Below are positions 1-12,791 of a stretch of DNA of 64,000 bases, piece after piece (the first letter of the stretch is position 1; each line of letters opens with the position of its first letter). Source of the stretch: Octopus vulgaris (lineage: Eukaryota); assembly GCA_951406725.2 (NCBI GenBank), contig OX597814.1, positions 88,040,001 to 88,104,000 on the forward strand, given 5' to 3'. The notes beneath the pieces were generated by a model that saw only the letters and a program-made list of their open reading frames with translations, was not told the origin of the DNA and ran no database searches. A program made the position numbers and the translations under genes.

Positions 1-42
1 CCGTAAATATTTCACGGAATTAATGGTAAATTTATTGGATTA

Positions 43-276
43 GAAGGCGGCGAGCTGGTAGAAACGTTAGCACGCCGGGCGAAATGCGTAGCCGTATTTC
101 GTCTGCCGTTACGTTCTGAGTTCAAATTCCGCCGAGGTCGACTTTGCCTTTCATCCTTTCGGGGTCGATAAATTAAGTACCTGTTACGCACTGGGGTCGA
201 TGTAATCGACTTAATCCGTTTGTCTGTGCTTGTTTGTCCCCTCTGAGTTTAGCCCATTGTGGGTAGAAAAGAAATA
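43..276 (+). mobile_element. tRNA-derived SINE family A (MetaSINE/MESC-like central domain)
   Basis: B-box GAGTTCAAATTCC and domain GACTTTGCCTTTCATCCTTTCGGGGTCGATAAA; 18-bp TSD GGTAAATTTATTGGATTA at 25-42 and 277-294. Confidence 0.88.
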
Positions 277-1372
277 GGTAAATTTATTGGATTATTTCTG
301 AAAACTTTATCCAAAAAGCCTGAAAGCCTAGCCTGTGCTGCGTCAGTATCGAAAGATAGTCGCTCACCAGCTAATCATTGAAAAGTGAAGGAAATTGGAA
401 TACGATGATTACTTAATGCACTTTATATATACACTTTATGCATAATTTTATAGACAATACACAAAACTCTCCCTCTTCGTCTTACTCTCTTTTTCTCTCT
501 CCGTTTTCTTTCGCGCTTCACATTTCCCTCCAACTAATCACGTGAAAACGTTACAGCGGGCTAAGTAACAGAGGAAAAACAAACTTAATTAAAAAAGAAA
601 ATCACACATTTCATTCATCACCACCTCTTCTCTCTCTCCTCTTCAACTAATCACGTGGAAACGTTACGGACGGGCTAAGAAACGGAGTGACAAGCAGAAT
701 TATTATAAGGTAGTGATAACTTGTCTCCTACAGCATTTCTACAGTTATGAATTCCAACTCTCAAACTCTCAATGATTCAACAGCAAAATTTTTGTTTAGT
801 CCAAGGTAAATCCTGATGAGCAAGTTATCATAACTTTTCATATAGAACTGTATCACCCACTAAGCTTCCGTTTTTGAAGGCAGTAGAGTGTGATTTGAGG
901 GAGATATGGCTGTTAGTTTTAGCAAGTCTAGCAACCACATAGAAGCACCTTCGTTAGTTTTGCTTGAAGTGACAATTTGTGCTTGCAACAATTATTCAGT
1001 TACAGCTATCATTCAGAGGTAAACTCATCCAATCACTCTACTAACCAAGCGTACAAACCATTGTTTTTATCATCTCACAGTTTCTCTTGTATTAAACGGA
1101 ATAGATGTAACCGTATTTCTTCTGCCACGCGTTGCGATCGAATGATGGTAGTATCAGAAAGTGAAAAATCGGTGGACGCATAGTTTGCTTTTCCTTCCCA
1201 ACTTTTTTTTTTTTTTTTTATCGATCGGAATATTGGCAACGATGTTATTTTATTACAGTATCTATATAACCTTGTGTCGTTTTTGGACAATGCCGGAATT
1301 GCATTTGGTCACCCGATTTGAAGTAACAAAACCATGGAAATATGCTTTCTGCTTTTCTTTTGTTTTAGTCAT

Positions 1373-1459
1373 AGGCACCTTGGGCAAGTGTCTTCCATAG
1401 CCTCGGGCCGACTAAAGCCTTGAGAGTGGATTTGGTAAACGAAAACTGAAAGAAACCCG

Positions 1460-1533
<74 letters not shown>

Positions 1534-1765
1534 TTGTATTTACGTGTCTGTTTGTTTCCCCGCCTTCGCTTGACAACCGATGCTGGTGTGCTTATGTCCC
1601 CATAACTTACCGGTCCGGTAAAAAGAGACCGATAGAATAAGTACTAGGCTTACAAAGAATAAGTCCTGGGTTTGATTTCTTCGACTAAAACCCTTTTAAG
1701 GTGGTGTTCTAGCATGCCCGCAGTCAAATGACTGAAACAAGTAAAAGAGTAAAAGAATAAAAGAA
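1373..1765 (+). mobile_element. SINE family B, 5'-truncated, with expanded (GT)n
   Basis: Matches 4153-4453; (GT)n at 1462-1530. Confidence 0.82.
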
Positions 1766-1794
1766 TACCATTAAACAATATTTTACATTGTATT

Positions 1795-2012
1795 AGGCGG
1801 TGAGCTGGCAGAATAGCTAGCACGCCGGACAAAATGTTAGGCGGCATTTCGTCCGTCATTACGCTCTGAGTTCAAATTCCACCGAGGTCGACTTTGCCTT
1901 TTATCCTTTCGGGAACCGATAAAATAAGTACCAGTGGAACACTGGGGGTCGACATAATCAACTTACCCACCTAGCCCCTCTTGCTGGCCTTGTGCCAAAA
2001 TTTGAAACCAAT
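1795..2012 (+). mobile_element. SINE family A copy
   Basis: Matches the head and central domain of 43-276. Confidence 0.8.
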
Positions 2013-2375
2013 ATTTAGTCTTAGATATCAGTAAGCAATAATAAATGAGATAACTATTGATTTTTTTTATTGTCTATTTCTGTTATAGGGACTTGATTTA
2101 CTGGAGCAGAACAAATGTCATCTCATTGTCTTTATTTTATGGCATGAAAACGTAGACTGAGACTGCAATGTTGCCTTTTACCGTTAAATTTGTTTCTACC
2201 ACCAGACTGCAGCTGTGCTGGGACACCGCCTTGAAGGGTTTCATTAAAAAAATCGACCCAATTAATTATTTTTGAAGTCCGGTACTTATTTTATTAATTT
2301 CTTTTGCCGAACCGTTAAATTACGGGGGATGTAAATAAATCAACACTGGTTGTCAAGCGGAAATGGGGGATAAAC

Positions 2376-2419
<44 letters not shown>

Positions 2420-2435
2420 AGCATGCATATATATA

Positions 2436-2933
2436 CCGTCATTCCTCGTGTATAATCCGTATTTTTTCCCCAAAATTTAAAGGTCAAAATCCCTAGTGCG
2501 TATTATACACGAGGTTAAAAATGAAAATTATTTTCTAAGCAATGTCCGAGTCTCTATTTGCTATCTGGCAATGTTTATTCAGACGCATTTTCTGATGTCG
2601 GGCGTGAAAATACCTTAAGCTGAGCCTGAAATCCATGAAGTCATAAAAGAATAATCCATAACATGCAGTAAGCAACATTTATTAAACGTTATTACTGTTA
2701 TTTCTTTATTTTCTGAAAACAAAATGCACAAAAATGCTACACGTTTGCATTATAGTTATATATAAAATAATAATAAATAACGTTACCGTATACATTTTTA
2801 CAAACCAAGGACGTTATATAGACCTCCTTGACTCAAGTTAGAGAAGGGGTGCGTATTATACACAAGGTTTAGGTTTTTCTAAAAATCCTCTGCGTATTAT
2901 ACTCAAGGGCGGACTATACTCGAGGATTTACGG
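2436..2933. mobile_element. Non-autonomous Tc1/mariner-superfamily (Tc2/pogo-type) element nested in a SINE microsatellite
   Basis: TIRs CCGTCATTCCTCGTGTATAATCCG / CGGACTATACTCGAGGATTTACGG flanked by TA; internal repeats of GCGTATTATAC. Confidence 0.8.
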
Positions 2934-4079
2934 TATATATATGCATACCCGACAAGCTTCCACACAGTTTCCGCTTATCAAATTCACTCACAAAGCATTG
3001 GTCGTCTCGCCGCTATAGTAAGGGACACTTGTCCAAAATACTACGCAGGAAGACAGAACTTGAAACCATGTAATTGCAAAGCGAGCTCCTTAAACACACA
3101 ATCATACCCGTTGTACAAAGAAAGTAAACTCTTCCTCGTTCACAATCCATGTTATTCAACTTGTATTGATATCTTTGCTGAAGTTGTGTGATTTAATCCT
3201 TTCTGAAGAAATGAAAACGAAGGCGGTCTCTCAATTTCGACGGACAAGAATAAATTTCTACAACGGATATAAATCATGGGATGCATAGCAATATTTAATC
3301 TCAATGTTTGTAGACTTGATCAAGAATTCAAATGATCTTGTTAATTTCGCTCGTCGTAGTGTCGGACCAAATATCCTGTGGTATTTACATTCCCAGTTCA
3401 CATATCATTAAAGTTGATAGACTTTTACCCACAACCCCATCGTCAAGAAACTAAGCATCTGATAAGTATTGGGATAGAAGTAATCGATTATTCTTACGTC
3501 TTTCCTATTAACTGTGAACTTGTGCCTTGGTTAGAAATTAAAATTAGTATAACAAGATGGCGGTTGGGGGGGGGGGCATATAACTGAGTTTGTATAACAC
3601 GACAGAAATAGCTTACGGTTTTGTGTTTTTGAGTTCCGCCTTCAAATTCCGCTGAGGTTAAATTTACTTTCCATTTCTTATCGGTTAAAATAGCATAGTA
3701 ACACTGAAATCGATTCAAATTCTTTCTTATAAATAATATTCTTATAGCTAGTCGAGTAAATCAATATTTGTGAATAAGCTAATTCAGCTCAGATCGTTCG
3801 TTAATATCAAAAGTTTCGGTAAAGTCACATCTCATTAATTTAAGTGACAATAGAAAATCATACCATCTCATTAATTTGAGTGACAACAGAACATATATTG
3901 ATAATTTATGTCGAATAGAGATAACATTGAAAGAGTTAGAAGTTCTTTAAAAAATTGAGTTTGTAATTGAATTGAAATGATCATGTAAATTTCTGTCAAC
4001 AAATTAAAAATAAAAACAAAACAAAACTGAGCCAGACAGAAAACTGAGCCAACGAATTCTAAATAGTACTATAGTACTA

Positions 4080-4453
4080 TAGGCGCAAGAGTGGCTGTGA
4101 GGTAAGTAGTTTGCTTACCAACCACATGGTTCCGGGTTCAGTCCCACTGCGTGGTACCTTGGGTAGGTGTCTTCTACTTTAGCCTTGGGCCGATCAAAGC
4201 CTTGTGAGTGGATTTGTTAGACGGAAACTGAAAGAAGTCCGTCGTATATATATGTATATGTGTGTTTGTCACCCCAACGTCGCTTGACAATCGATTCTGA
4301 TGTGTTTACGTCCCTGTAACTTAGCGGTTCGGCAAAACAGACCGATGGAATAAGTATTAGGCTTACAAAGAATAAGTCCTGGGGTCGATTTGCTCGACTA
4401 AAAGCGGTGCTCCAGCATGGCCACAGTCAAATGACTGAAACAAGTAAAAGAGT
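4080..4453 (+). mobile_element. tRNA-derived SINE family B (CORE-like domain, internal TA/TG microsatellite)
   Basis: A box GTGGCTGTGAGGTAAG, B box GGTTCAGTCCC, CORE-like ACCTTGGG(C/T)A(A/G)GTGTCTT, tail ACTGAAACAAGTAAAAGA. Confidence 0.85.
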
Positions 4454-7007
4454 AATTCGATCATATATCTGAGACACATTCAGTTGCCAGTGATAGCGTC
4501 TATGTTGTAAGATTAATATATATTGACAAATAAAAATATTCTTCCATAAATCTGAAAATAAAAATTAATTTCGAGTGTCACAGATTAAGAAGTATCACTT
4601 TGTGCCGTTGCTGGAAAAAGAAATTTGCTCTAAATTTCTGTGAATATGTTTGTATCTAGTCGTAGATTGTCAACATAGAATAGTTAGTGTTTTCTTATGG
4701 TAGTGAAGTAGAATTTGATACTATATTAACATTAGTTATATTCTCCCACCCACAAAACACTTAGCTATGTATTAAACTTGATTCTTCTCACAGATGTAGA
4801 TTAATGCGTTCACCGCTAAATGTCGTGAATACCCTCTTGAAGAAGAATATTTTTGTTGATAGGCGGTAAAATACTTATATCAGATTTGCAATGAGTTAGA
4901 TTACAATAATAAAAAAAGACGTTGCTATTTTCTACTTATGCTATGGTGGTCTGTAGTGTACTGTAAAAATGTACTTCCTTTGTTTGGTAAAGTACAATGT
5001 ATCATAAAAAATTTAAATACCACACATTAAGAATTACGGTACACGTGTTACAATTCACATTAGTGGGTTGTTTTGAACCAACGCCTCTTTAATTTTACAA
5101 AGATTCTGTTTCATATTTCCTACTTATTGAGGAAAGCCGCAGTTGACAATTCATATCATATCACCAGCACCGCACTGTGTTTATAGGCAAGACAACTGAT
5201 CGCACACCAGTCTATTTCATTGGAATGTAAATAAGCTCCGTAGTGTTGAATAATACGCTGTAATAAACTGACACAATACGATAAAATTAAAAATAGTTTA
5301 ATTTGCTGAAAGATACGCCTGCTGTATGTATACCTAGGAACAGGACGACCCCTACCAAATTGACTAAGCCCGGTGATTCTCAAAATGGACATAAACGACC
5401 CCACCAAAATAGGAGTAGATTCTTTTTACTTCTCTTCACCCCTTTATTAATGTGAAAGCAAAATAGTTTGTTCTTATTTTATGTCCATTGTCTTGAAATC
5501 TTTCGTCACACACCTGTGACCTTTTCAGCGACTCTCCATCCCACGTCTCTCCTCCTGAAGAGGTCACAGGTATGTGACAAAATATTTTGCATCCAGATAA
5601 TTATATTTTTGCCAAGTTTAAAAAGTTTAAAACCATCTCTTCTTATTAAACATGGCAATTCGTTCGATCCACCTTCATTCCAAACCTTATTGTCTCACCC
5701 TATAAAAATTACTGACTTAGATTAGCTATTCTAAAGAAAGATCATAACCAACACCCCTAAGGCTATCACTCTTAACCAAAGGTTAAGCTCTCTTTTGAGT
5801 TCTGATTCGATTTCCCTTTGCCTTCGTTGCTAGTTTCCTAATTTCTCTTCCATTATAAATATGGATAATTAGCTAAGAAAAAAAAACTGCTTTTGAATAC
5901 TTCTCACACAAAATGGCATTCTTTTCAGTAAATATAAATAATGTTTTAACAAGTAAAAATAACCTGGAATTGAATAGATTCCCCATTTAAATACAATATA
6001 GGAAGAGAGAGTGGAACAGTTTGACTTTAAATCTAAATGTCAGAATTTAGGAATTGTACAGCAAACAATGTGAGTAGAATAGAATCAATATGATCGAAGT
6101 GTTTACCGGCAACTCTCCTTTTTTTCAGCGTTGGTCCCTCATATCACATAACTGCTGGGAGCTCCATAGCTTTTGCTAATATTCTAAGGTCTTTATGTTA
6201 CCAAGGGAAAGTAACATCCTTCTACAAAAATTACTGTAGCTCATTCATGGACAACATAGCCCGAAGTAATAGTTTATTCGTTAACTTTTTAGTGATCTTG
6301 AATTAGAAACGTGCTGTTGGGTATTAGTATTATTTAGGGTTTCGCCAGGTGTGAACTTGATTTTTTCCTTATATTCGGTCCTAGCTAGTGCTTCATTGTA
6401 ATAAGGTGCATGTATGTTGAATATTGTCTCGTTGGCTGACAGGCGTGATATATACAACGGGCTTCTTTCACTTTCTGCCTTCCAAATCTACTCACAAGGC
6501 TTTGGTCAGCCCGAGGCTATACTAGAAGACACTCGACCAAGGTGTAATGCAGTAGGAGTGAACTCGGACCCTTCTTATTATACAACCACGCTTGGACTGT
6601 ATATTTTCACCGCTCATAACCTTCATTGATTTCTGATATGAAAGTTTTCATTTTCGATTAACCTGAAGCAATTTCCATTTCCATTAAAGTGTTACTGCTT
6701 TAAAGAACGATATAGCTGTCATAACTTTCAAAAAGAAGGTTCAACCATCGAATAGGGCTCGAATTAATTCGCAACTCAGTTTTGAAAAAGCTCCACAAAA
6801 AGTTTCTTTCTTTTTAATAAATTCACGACGAATTATTTTGTCTGAAATCAATATACAGAGTCGCAATTCTTAATCTAGGGAAAATTGCCCTCATATCCGG
6901 GTAAGATTTCAAGACTGCAGAGAGAAATATGGGAATTCCAGAGGGGAAATTATCTTCAGGTCGAAAAAATCTTTATCATTATTCGCACTATTATTTTCTT
7001 GAATTAA

Positions 7008-7390
7008 ATGAGTTCAAATTCCGCCGAAGTCGACTTTGCCTTTAATCCTTCGGAATCGATGGAATAAGTACCAGTTGACCTCTGGATTCGATGTAATCGT
7101 CAAGTCACTTCCCTACAAAATTTCAGGTTTTGTGCCTATAGTAGAAAGGATTATTTCTTTAGATTGCGGTTTCGTGCTGGGGGAATTGTAAGCACACCGG
7201 ACAAAACACTTCGTGGCATTTCATCAGTCTTTGTATTTTCAATTCAAACTTTGTCGAGGCCGACCTATGCGTTTTGTCCTTTTGGGGTTGATAAATTAAG
7301 TACCAATCAAGCACTGGGGTCGATGTAATCGACTAAATCCCGCCCTACTGAAATTTCAGGCTTTGTGCCTTCAAAAGAAAGAACTATTTT
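7008..7390 (+). mobile_element. SINE family A, two degenerate tandem copies
   Basis: Central domain repeated at ~7030 and ~7260. Confidence 0.7.
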
Positions 7391-9451
7391 CCTATATTTA
7401 TTTTTCTCAATGCTGAATTTGGTGAAAAATTGGCGGAGTCATCAGTCGTTGGATACAATACCTTGCGATATGTGTTCCGACTCTCGGTGTTCTGAGTTAA
7501 AATGCCGATGGGTCAACCGTACCTTTAAATACTTTGAAAATTGATAAAAAAAAGGGTAGTAATCCAAGGTGGTGGATTGACAAAACTGTTAGAGAATCTG
7601 GCCAGGTGTCTTGCGATATTTGTTCCACTCTTGTGGTTGTGATAGCAACGCCTTCAACGATACTGGTGCAAGCTGTATTAGTGTAAGTTGTCCATCTTTT
7701 CTTTGGAGAAACATCGGTTGCATGGAAGAGGGGAGACTTCTATACTGGAGATAGCTACTAATCTTCCTTTAAGAAACTGTTGCTCATATCTGCACACATA
7801 TGTGCAAATATATGATCAACTTGATCAACAGATGCTTTAAAATATTAATTTTTAAGGGTGTTAACGTTAAATTAATACAGTGTCAATCTTCCTATTTTAT
7901 TAGGCAAAAAATGGGCTGTATACCAAACTACATTTTTCTCATCGGGAGGGAAATCTTGATAGCGAACTGGTAAACAGAGGAAGTACTGAAAAAGTTTAAG
8001 ACATTCTGGTAAGGATGGAATCTCTATGTGGCCGCTCGAACTATTAGAAATACTAGCCAAATCGTCTTCAAATTGCATTCTGACTTCTTTAAAAAAATGT
8101 AGTCTACTTTTGGTGAAAAAATAAACATTACGACCTTTGATCTTAGCGCTGACTTGGGGTTAAACAACAAACAATCAATATTCTTACAAATTTAAATTTA
8201 AATTAGAATAATCTTAAAAAGTTGAATCTGTTGAAATTCAGATTTGATTGTTTTGGGAGGTAGTTTATTATTATTAGCACTGTTACCACACAAATGAGTA
8301 GTCACTGAATTAGCTTATTTTGCATTTAGGTTATAAGGTTATTAATTTCCTTCAGGTTTTTTTCTGTTTAATTTAATCTTTAATTAGATCTCATATGGTA
8401 AAAATATATATTCCTGCTAGAATATGAAAAATACGTTACGAGTGAGAGGCGTCAATCTTCCTAACCAAATATTTTGGATAATTAGACTGAAAAATAATTA
8501 GGCAAGGTTAGCAAGTGATCAAAGAGACCCATGGCAAATTTTGAATCTTCCGTGTGTAATTTTCCAGGTGAAAAGGCATTTTCCTTATGCTCTTATAAGT
8601 AACTTTGTGTTAAGCTTACAATAGTTCATCCTAAAGCTATCAGTCTGATAGTTGTTAGTAGTAGAGATGAGTAATTCATCATGGAGGTTTTGATGTCTAG
8701 GAGAAAGAAAGAAAAAAGCAGGAGGTTCTTAAATAATTTCAGCTGTTCATAAACTGCGAAAAAAATATTTTAAATAAAAACAGGTAAAATGAAAACAGGC
8801 CGTATTTTTTTTTTAACGTTGACGACATAAGTTACATTGGATCATCTTCAAAGAACATCCAAGCTTTATTTGATTGTCTGCAGCAATTGTAACAAGCACA
8901 TTTCTCCAAAAGAACGTCTTCAGTTACGCTCCGCTGGCTATAATATTTCAGTAACATTGAAAAACAAAAGCAAACAAACAGAAAAGGTCATGGATATCGT
9001 GAGTACGCACTTTGGGTACTTGTCTACAGGAATTCTTCTGTAGAAATTACAACAGCACCAGATCTTTATTACTTACACAGAGCTCGAAGAGACAATAAAA
9101 TGCAATGCACATTGAACACTGGACTTGCAAACAAGCGTGGGATGGAACAAAGAAGTTATATAAAGGCGAGAGCAACGGCGAACGACATAATAGAATTAAA
9201 GTGAGTAGAAGCTTTAAAAATTACAAAAGCATTCGAGTAATTACACAGTGTAAACAAAATAAAATTTTAAAAACATATAGGATTCTCACCCGCACACAGA
9301 TGAGAAACCACTGGTTAGGTCGAGTTGGAGCAACGGATGTCTCTATCCACCCGTTCTTATTTATACTACAACGCAAAGGTAACCATTAGCATTTTCTGAG
9401 TCTTCAAGGTATGTCTGTTTCAGTTAATTATAAGTATCTTCTTTTGTTTTT

Positions 9452-9837
9452 CGGAGGCACAATGGCCCAGTGGTTAGGGCAGCGGACTCGCGGTCGTAGG
9501 ATCGCGGTTTCGATTCCCAGACCAGGCATTGTGAGTGTTTATTGAGCGAAAACACCTAAAGCTTCACAAGGTTCCTGCAGGGGGTGGTGGTGAACCCTGC
9601 TGTACTCTTTCATCACAACTTTCTCTCGCTCTTTCTTCCTGTTTCTGTTGTACCTGTATTTCAAAGGGCCAGCCTTGTCACACTCTGTGTCACGCTGAAT
9701 CTCCTCGAGAACTACGTTAAGGGTACACGTGTCTGTGGAATGCTCAGCCACTTGCACGTTAATTCCACGAGCAAGCTGTTCCGTTGATCGTATCAGCTGG
9801 GACCCTCATCGTCGTAACCGACGGAGTGCTCCTACTA
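9452..9837 (+). mobile_element. tRNA-derived SINE family C (~385 bp)
   Basis: A box TGGCCCAGTGG, B box GTTTCGATTCC; 11-bp TSD CTTTTGTTTTT at 9441-9451 and 9838-9848. Confidence 0.85.
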
Positions 9838-11194
9838 CTTTTGTTTTTACAACAAACTGTCCTTTGAGTATCTCTTATACTCCAACACCAATTGCATCCC
9901 GGTATTCAGTACATCGTCATTATATTCGTTGCAACGCAAATGTAATAGTTTCTATTAGATCTTCAAAGGCTGGGGAAATGCAATTTGTTATTCTGAGGAG
10001 AGGCGTTATTTTCATTCCGAGGAAAGAGTTCTAACCAATTTGTGCTTTCTGTTGGTATCACTCTTTTTTTTTGTAATTTCTTTCACTTGTTTTTTGCATT
10101 CTCCCTAAATATTTGGCAACCTTCCCTTGCAATCACCATATTTCCCTCATCATGGAAAATGGTTTGGTATGACTGGTTGCTATTGTCAAGAAAATGGTAC
10201 CTGCTTACTCATTCCAAGCCTTTCTAAGTGACCTTTTTCACCATTTCTGGAGCAGTGAGTTATGGTCCTATGGAAATTGGGGCCTGGTGATCGTATTCTT
10301 GCCTTGGTTGCTATCAGCCGCTTTTTATCTTTCCTCTGCTTTTCTAGTTTTCCAGTTCTTCAGTATAAACCCTCAATAGAGTTTTTCGTCCCTACCATTA
10401 GCTCCATGCATTTTCTCTTGGTATCTTCAACTTGGCATAGCTCCGGTATGGCCTTGTAGATTTCGGGGGTCATTAGGGCTTGCAAATCTCTTCTCATTCC
10501 TCCCGACCTCGTGTCACCTTTTGTAACTCCTGCTCTAGCCATTCCCCATACAACGGCACAAAAGTGACAACCAGCTATTGGTTCACATCTTTTCTAATGT
10601 TCCTGTTCGTGATCCTTATCCAAACACTGGAGAACAACAGTATAGTGTGGAGATGTGCTTGATTATTTCATCCTGTACTTTGACTGAGTTCTCGATCCGA
10701 AGATGCATCCTGTATGCCTTACCCCACTCAATCGGGAGAACACCTTCAGATATTTCGTGAAGTATTTCCTTCCACTGCTGTTTTGACATCAGATGGAAAT
10801 CAATACTATTGGTCTTAATATCAGTCATTCTCTTCTTTCTTCACTTGGATTAGATCCTGGAGCAAACAGAAATTTTTGTTTGTTTCTTGTTTGTCAAATG
10901 TGTTATTTTGCTCAATTTCCGATTTCTTTTTGGGGCGTGGCTCGGAATGTTCGTAGCCATGTTTTTGTATGTGGGCTACATGAAGAAAAAACCAACTTTG
11001 TCCACAAACTAAAATCACAAGCCATATTTCTCATTTTGCCGACTCTGTCGGAGTTAGCTCTAAGCTTTCGGGTACTATCTATATGGGAATAGTCTTAGTA
11101 AAAACTCTTTTTCGCTTAGTAAAATCCTTTGCATCGGAGAGCGGTTTGAAAAAAATCATGTCTGACTTGGTCAGCGCTGAAATTATAATAATTT

Positions 11195-11402
11195 CAGATT
11201 TTAACACAAGGCCAGCAATTTCGGGGGAGGGAGTAAATCGATTACATCGACCATTGTGCTCAAGTGGCACTTATTTTATCGACTTTAAAAGAATGAAAGG
11301 CAATGTGGATCTCGGGGGAATTTTGAACTCAGAACCTAAAGACGGACGAAATGCCGCTAAACAATTTTCTTGGCGTGCGAACGATTCTGCCAGATCGCCT
11401 CC
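11195..11402 (-). mobile_element. SINE family A copy
   Basis: Reverse-complement match to the family. Confidence 0.75.
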
Positions 11403-11406
11403 TTTC

Positions 11407-11414
11407 TAATAATG

Positions 11415-11448
<34 letters not shown>

Positions 11449-11453
11449 TGATG

Positions 11454-11500
<47 letters not shown>

Positions 11501-11536
11501 GATAATAATGATAATAATAATAATAATAATAATAAT
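11407..11536. repeat. (AAT/GAT)n microsatellite
   Basis: Visible tandem trinucleotides. Confidence 0.95.
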
Positions 11537-11575
11537 CTTTTCTACTATAGGTACAAGGCCTGAAATTTGGGGAGA

Positions 11576-11892
11576 GGTGTTGAAAGGAATTCTTAGGGGT
11601 TTGAATAATTCACTTCTGGAAACATGGGTGGTTCTTTCAATATCCTTAAACAACCCTTATTCAGGGACCTTTTGAGCGGGATGGGCTACTCAACCTGAAG
11701 AAAATTCTAACTGGGCCCCACCTGCAAGGTCATGTGCTGTTTATCTTGATATGAGATCACCATGTCGCGCACATATGGTTGTGATGCATGTGCCTGGTGT
11801 ACCCTTATCAGATGGGTAGTCATGATGGGTATATTGGGCTTCGTATATTTTACCCCAGTGTCACTTTGATGGCATGAACTGCTCTCTCACTC
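11576..11892 (+). mobile_element. Truncated copy of the ~540-bp (AAT)n-associated element
   Basis: Aligns to 12477-12791; ends CTCTCACTC(AAT)n. Confidence 0.85.
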
Positions 11893-11922
11893 AATAATAA
11901 TAATGATAATGATAATAATAAC

Positions 11923-11976
<54 letters not shown>

Positions 11977-12182
11977 CTTTTCTACTATAGGTACAAGGCC
12001 TGAAATTTGGGGAGAGGCGGTCAGTCGATTAGCTCAACCCTAGTAAGCAACTGGTACTTAATTCATCGACCCCGAAAGGATGAAAGGCACAGTCAACCTC
12101 GGCAGAATTTGAACTTAGAACGTAACGACGGGCGAAATACCGCTAAACATTTCGTCCAGCGTGCTAACGACACTGCCAGCTC
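11977..12182 (-). mobile_element. SINE family A copy between (AAT)n tracts
   Basis: Reverse-complement match to the family. Confidence 0.8.
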
Positions 12183-12236
<54 letters not shown>

Positions 12237-12237
<1 letters not shown>

Positions 12238-12791
12238 TGCCCTGATGCAGTACCAGGCAGTGGCCCTCGTGGCTTCTGATCTTAACTGATTGGAAGTGTC
12301 ATCATGTACATTATTTTGTCTTGGTATAAAAGACTGGCTACAGCAAATATTCTGCTCAATACCACAGATTTGCTTGTCATTTGTTTGACCTTAACTAGTT
12401 GAGCATGCCCCTTAGTGGCTGACGATATCTGCATCTCTGATCACGAGCAGAAGTAGTTGGGGAGCATCATAGCCATGTGTTGAGAGGGATTCTTTGGGGT
12501 TTGACTAATTCACCTCTGGAAACATGGGTGTTTCGTTCAACACCCTTAAACAACCCTTATTCAGAGACCTTTTGAGCAGATGGGTTACTCGACCAGAAGA
12601 AAATTCTAACTGGGCCCCACTTGCAAGGTCATGTGCTGTTTATCTTGATATGAGATCACCATGTCGTGCACATACGGTTGTGATGCATGTGCCTAGTGTA
12701 CCCTTATCAGACGGGTAGTCATGATGGGTATACTGGGCTCCGTATATTTTACCCCAGTGTCACTTTGATGGCATGCACTGCTCTTTCACCC
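12237..12791 (+). mobile_element. ~540-bp non-coding (AAT)n-associated interspersed element, full-length copy
   Basis: Starts ATGCCCTGATGCAGTACCAGGCAGTGG, ends CTCTCTCACTC-like, with (AAT)n on both sides; five copies in the window. Confidence 0.85.

Noticed and set aside
11351-11675. ORFs encoding poly-Asn/poly-Ile
   Set aside because: Translations of (AAT)n microsatellites; the same applies to the YI/HT/CV-rich ORFs throughout the track.
12237-12300. HDV-like ribozyme at the 5' end of the 540-bp element
   Set aside because: I could not build the P1/P2/P3 nested pseudoknot by eye; only a simple hairpin is supported.
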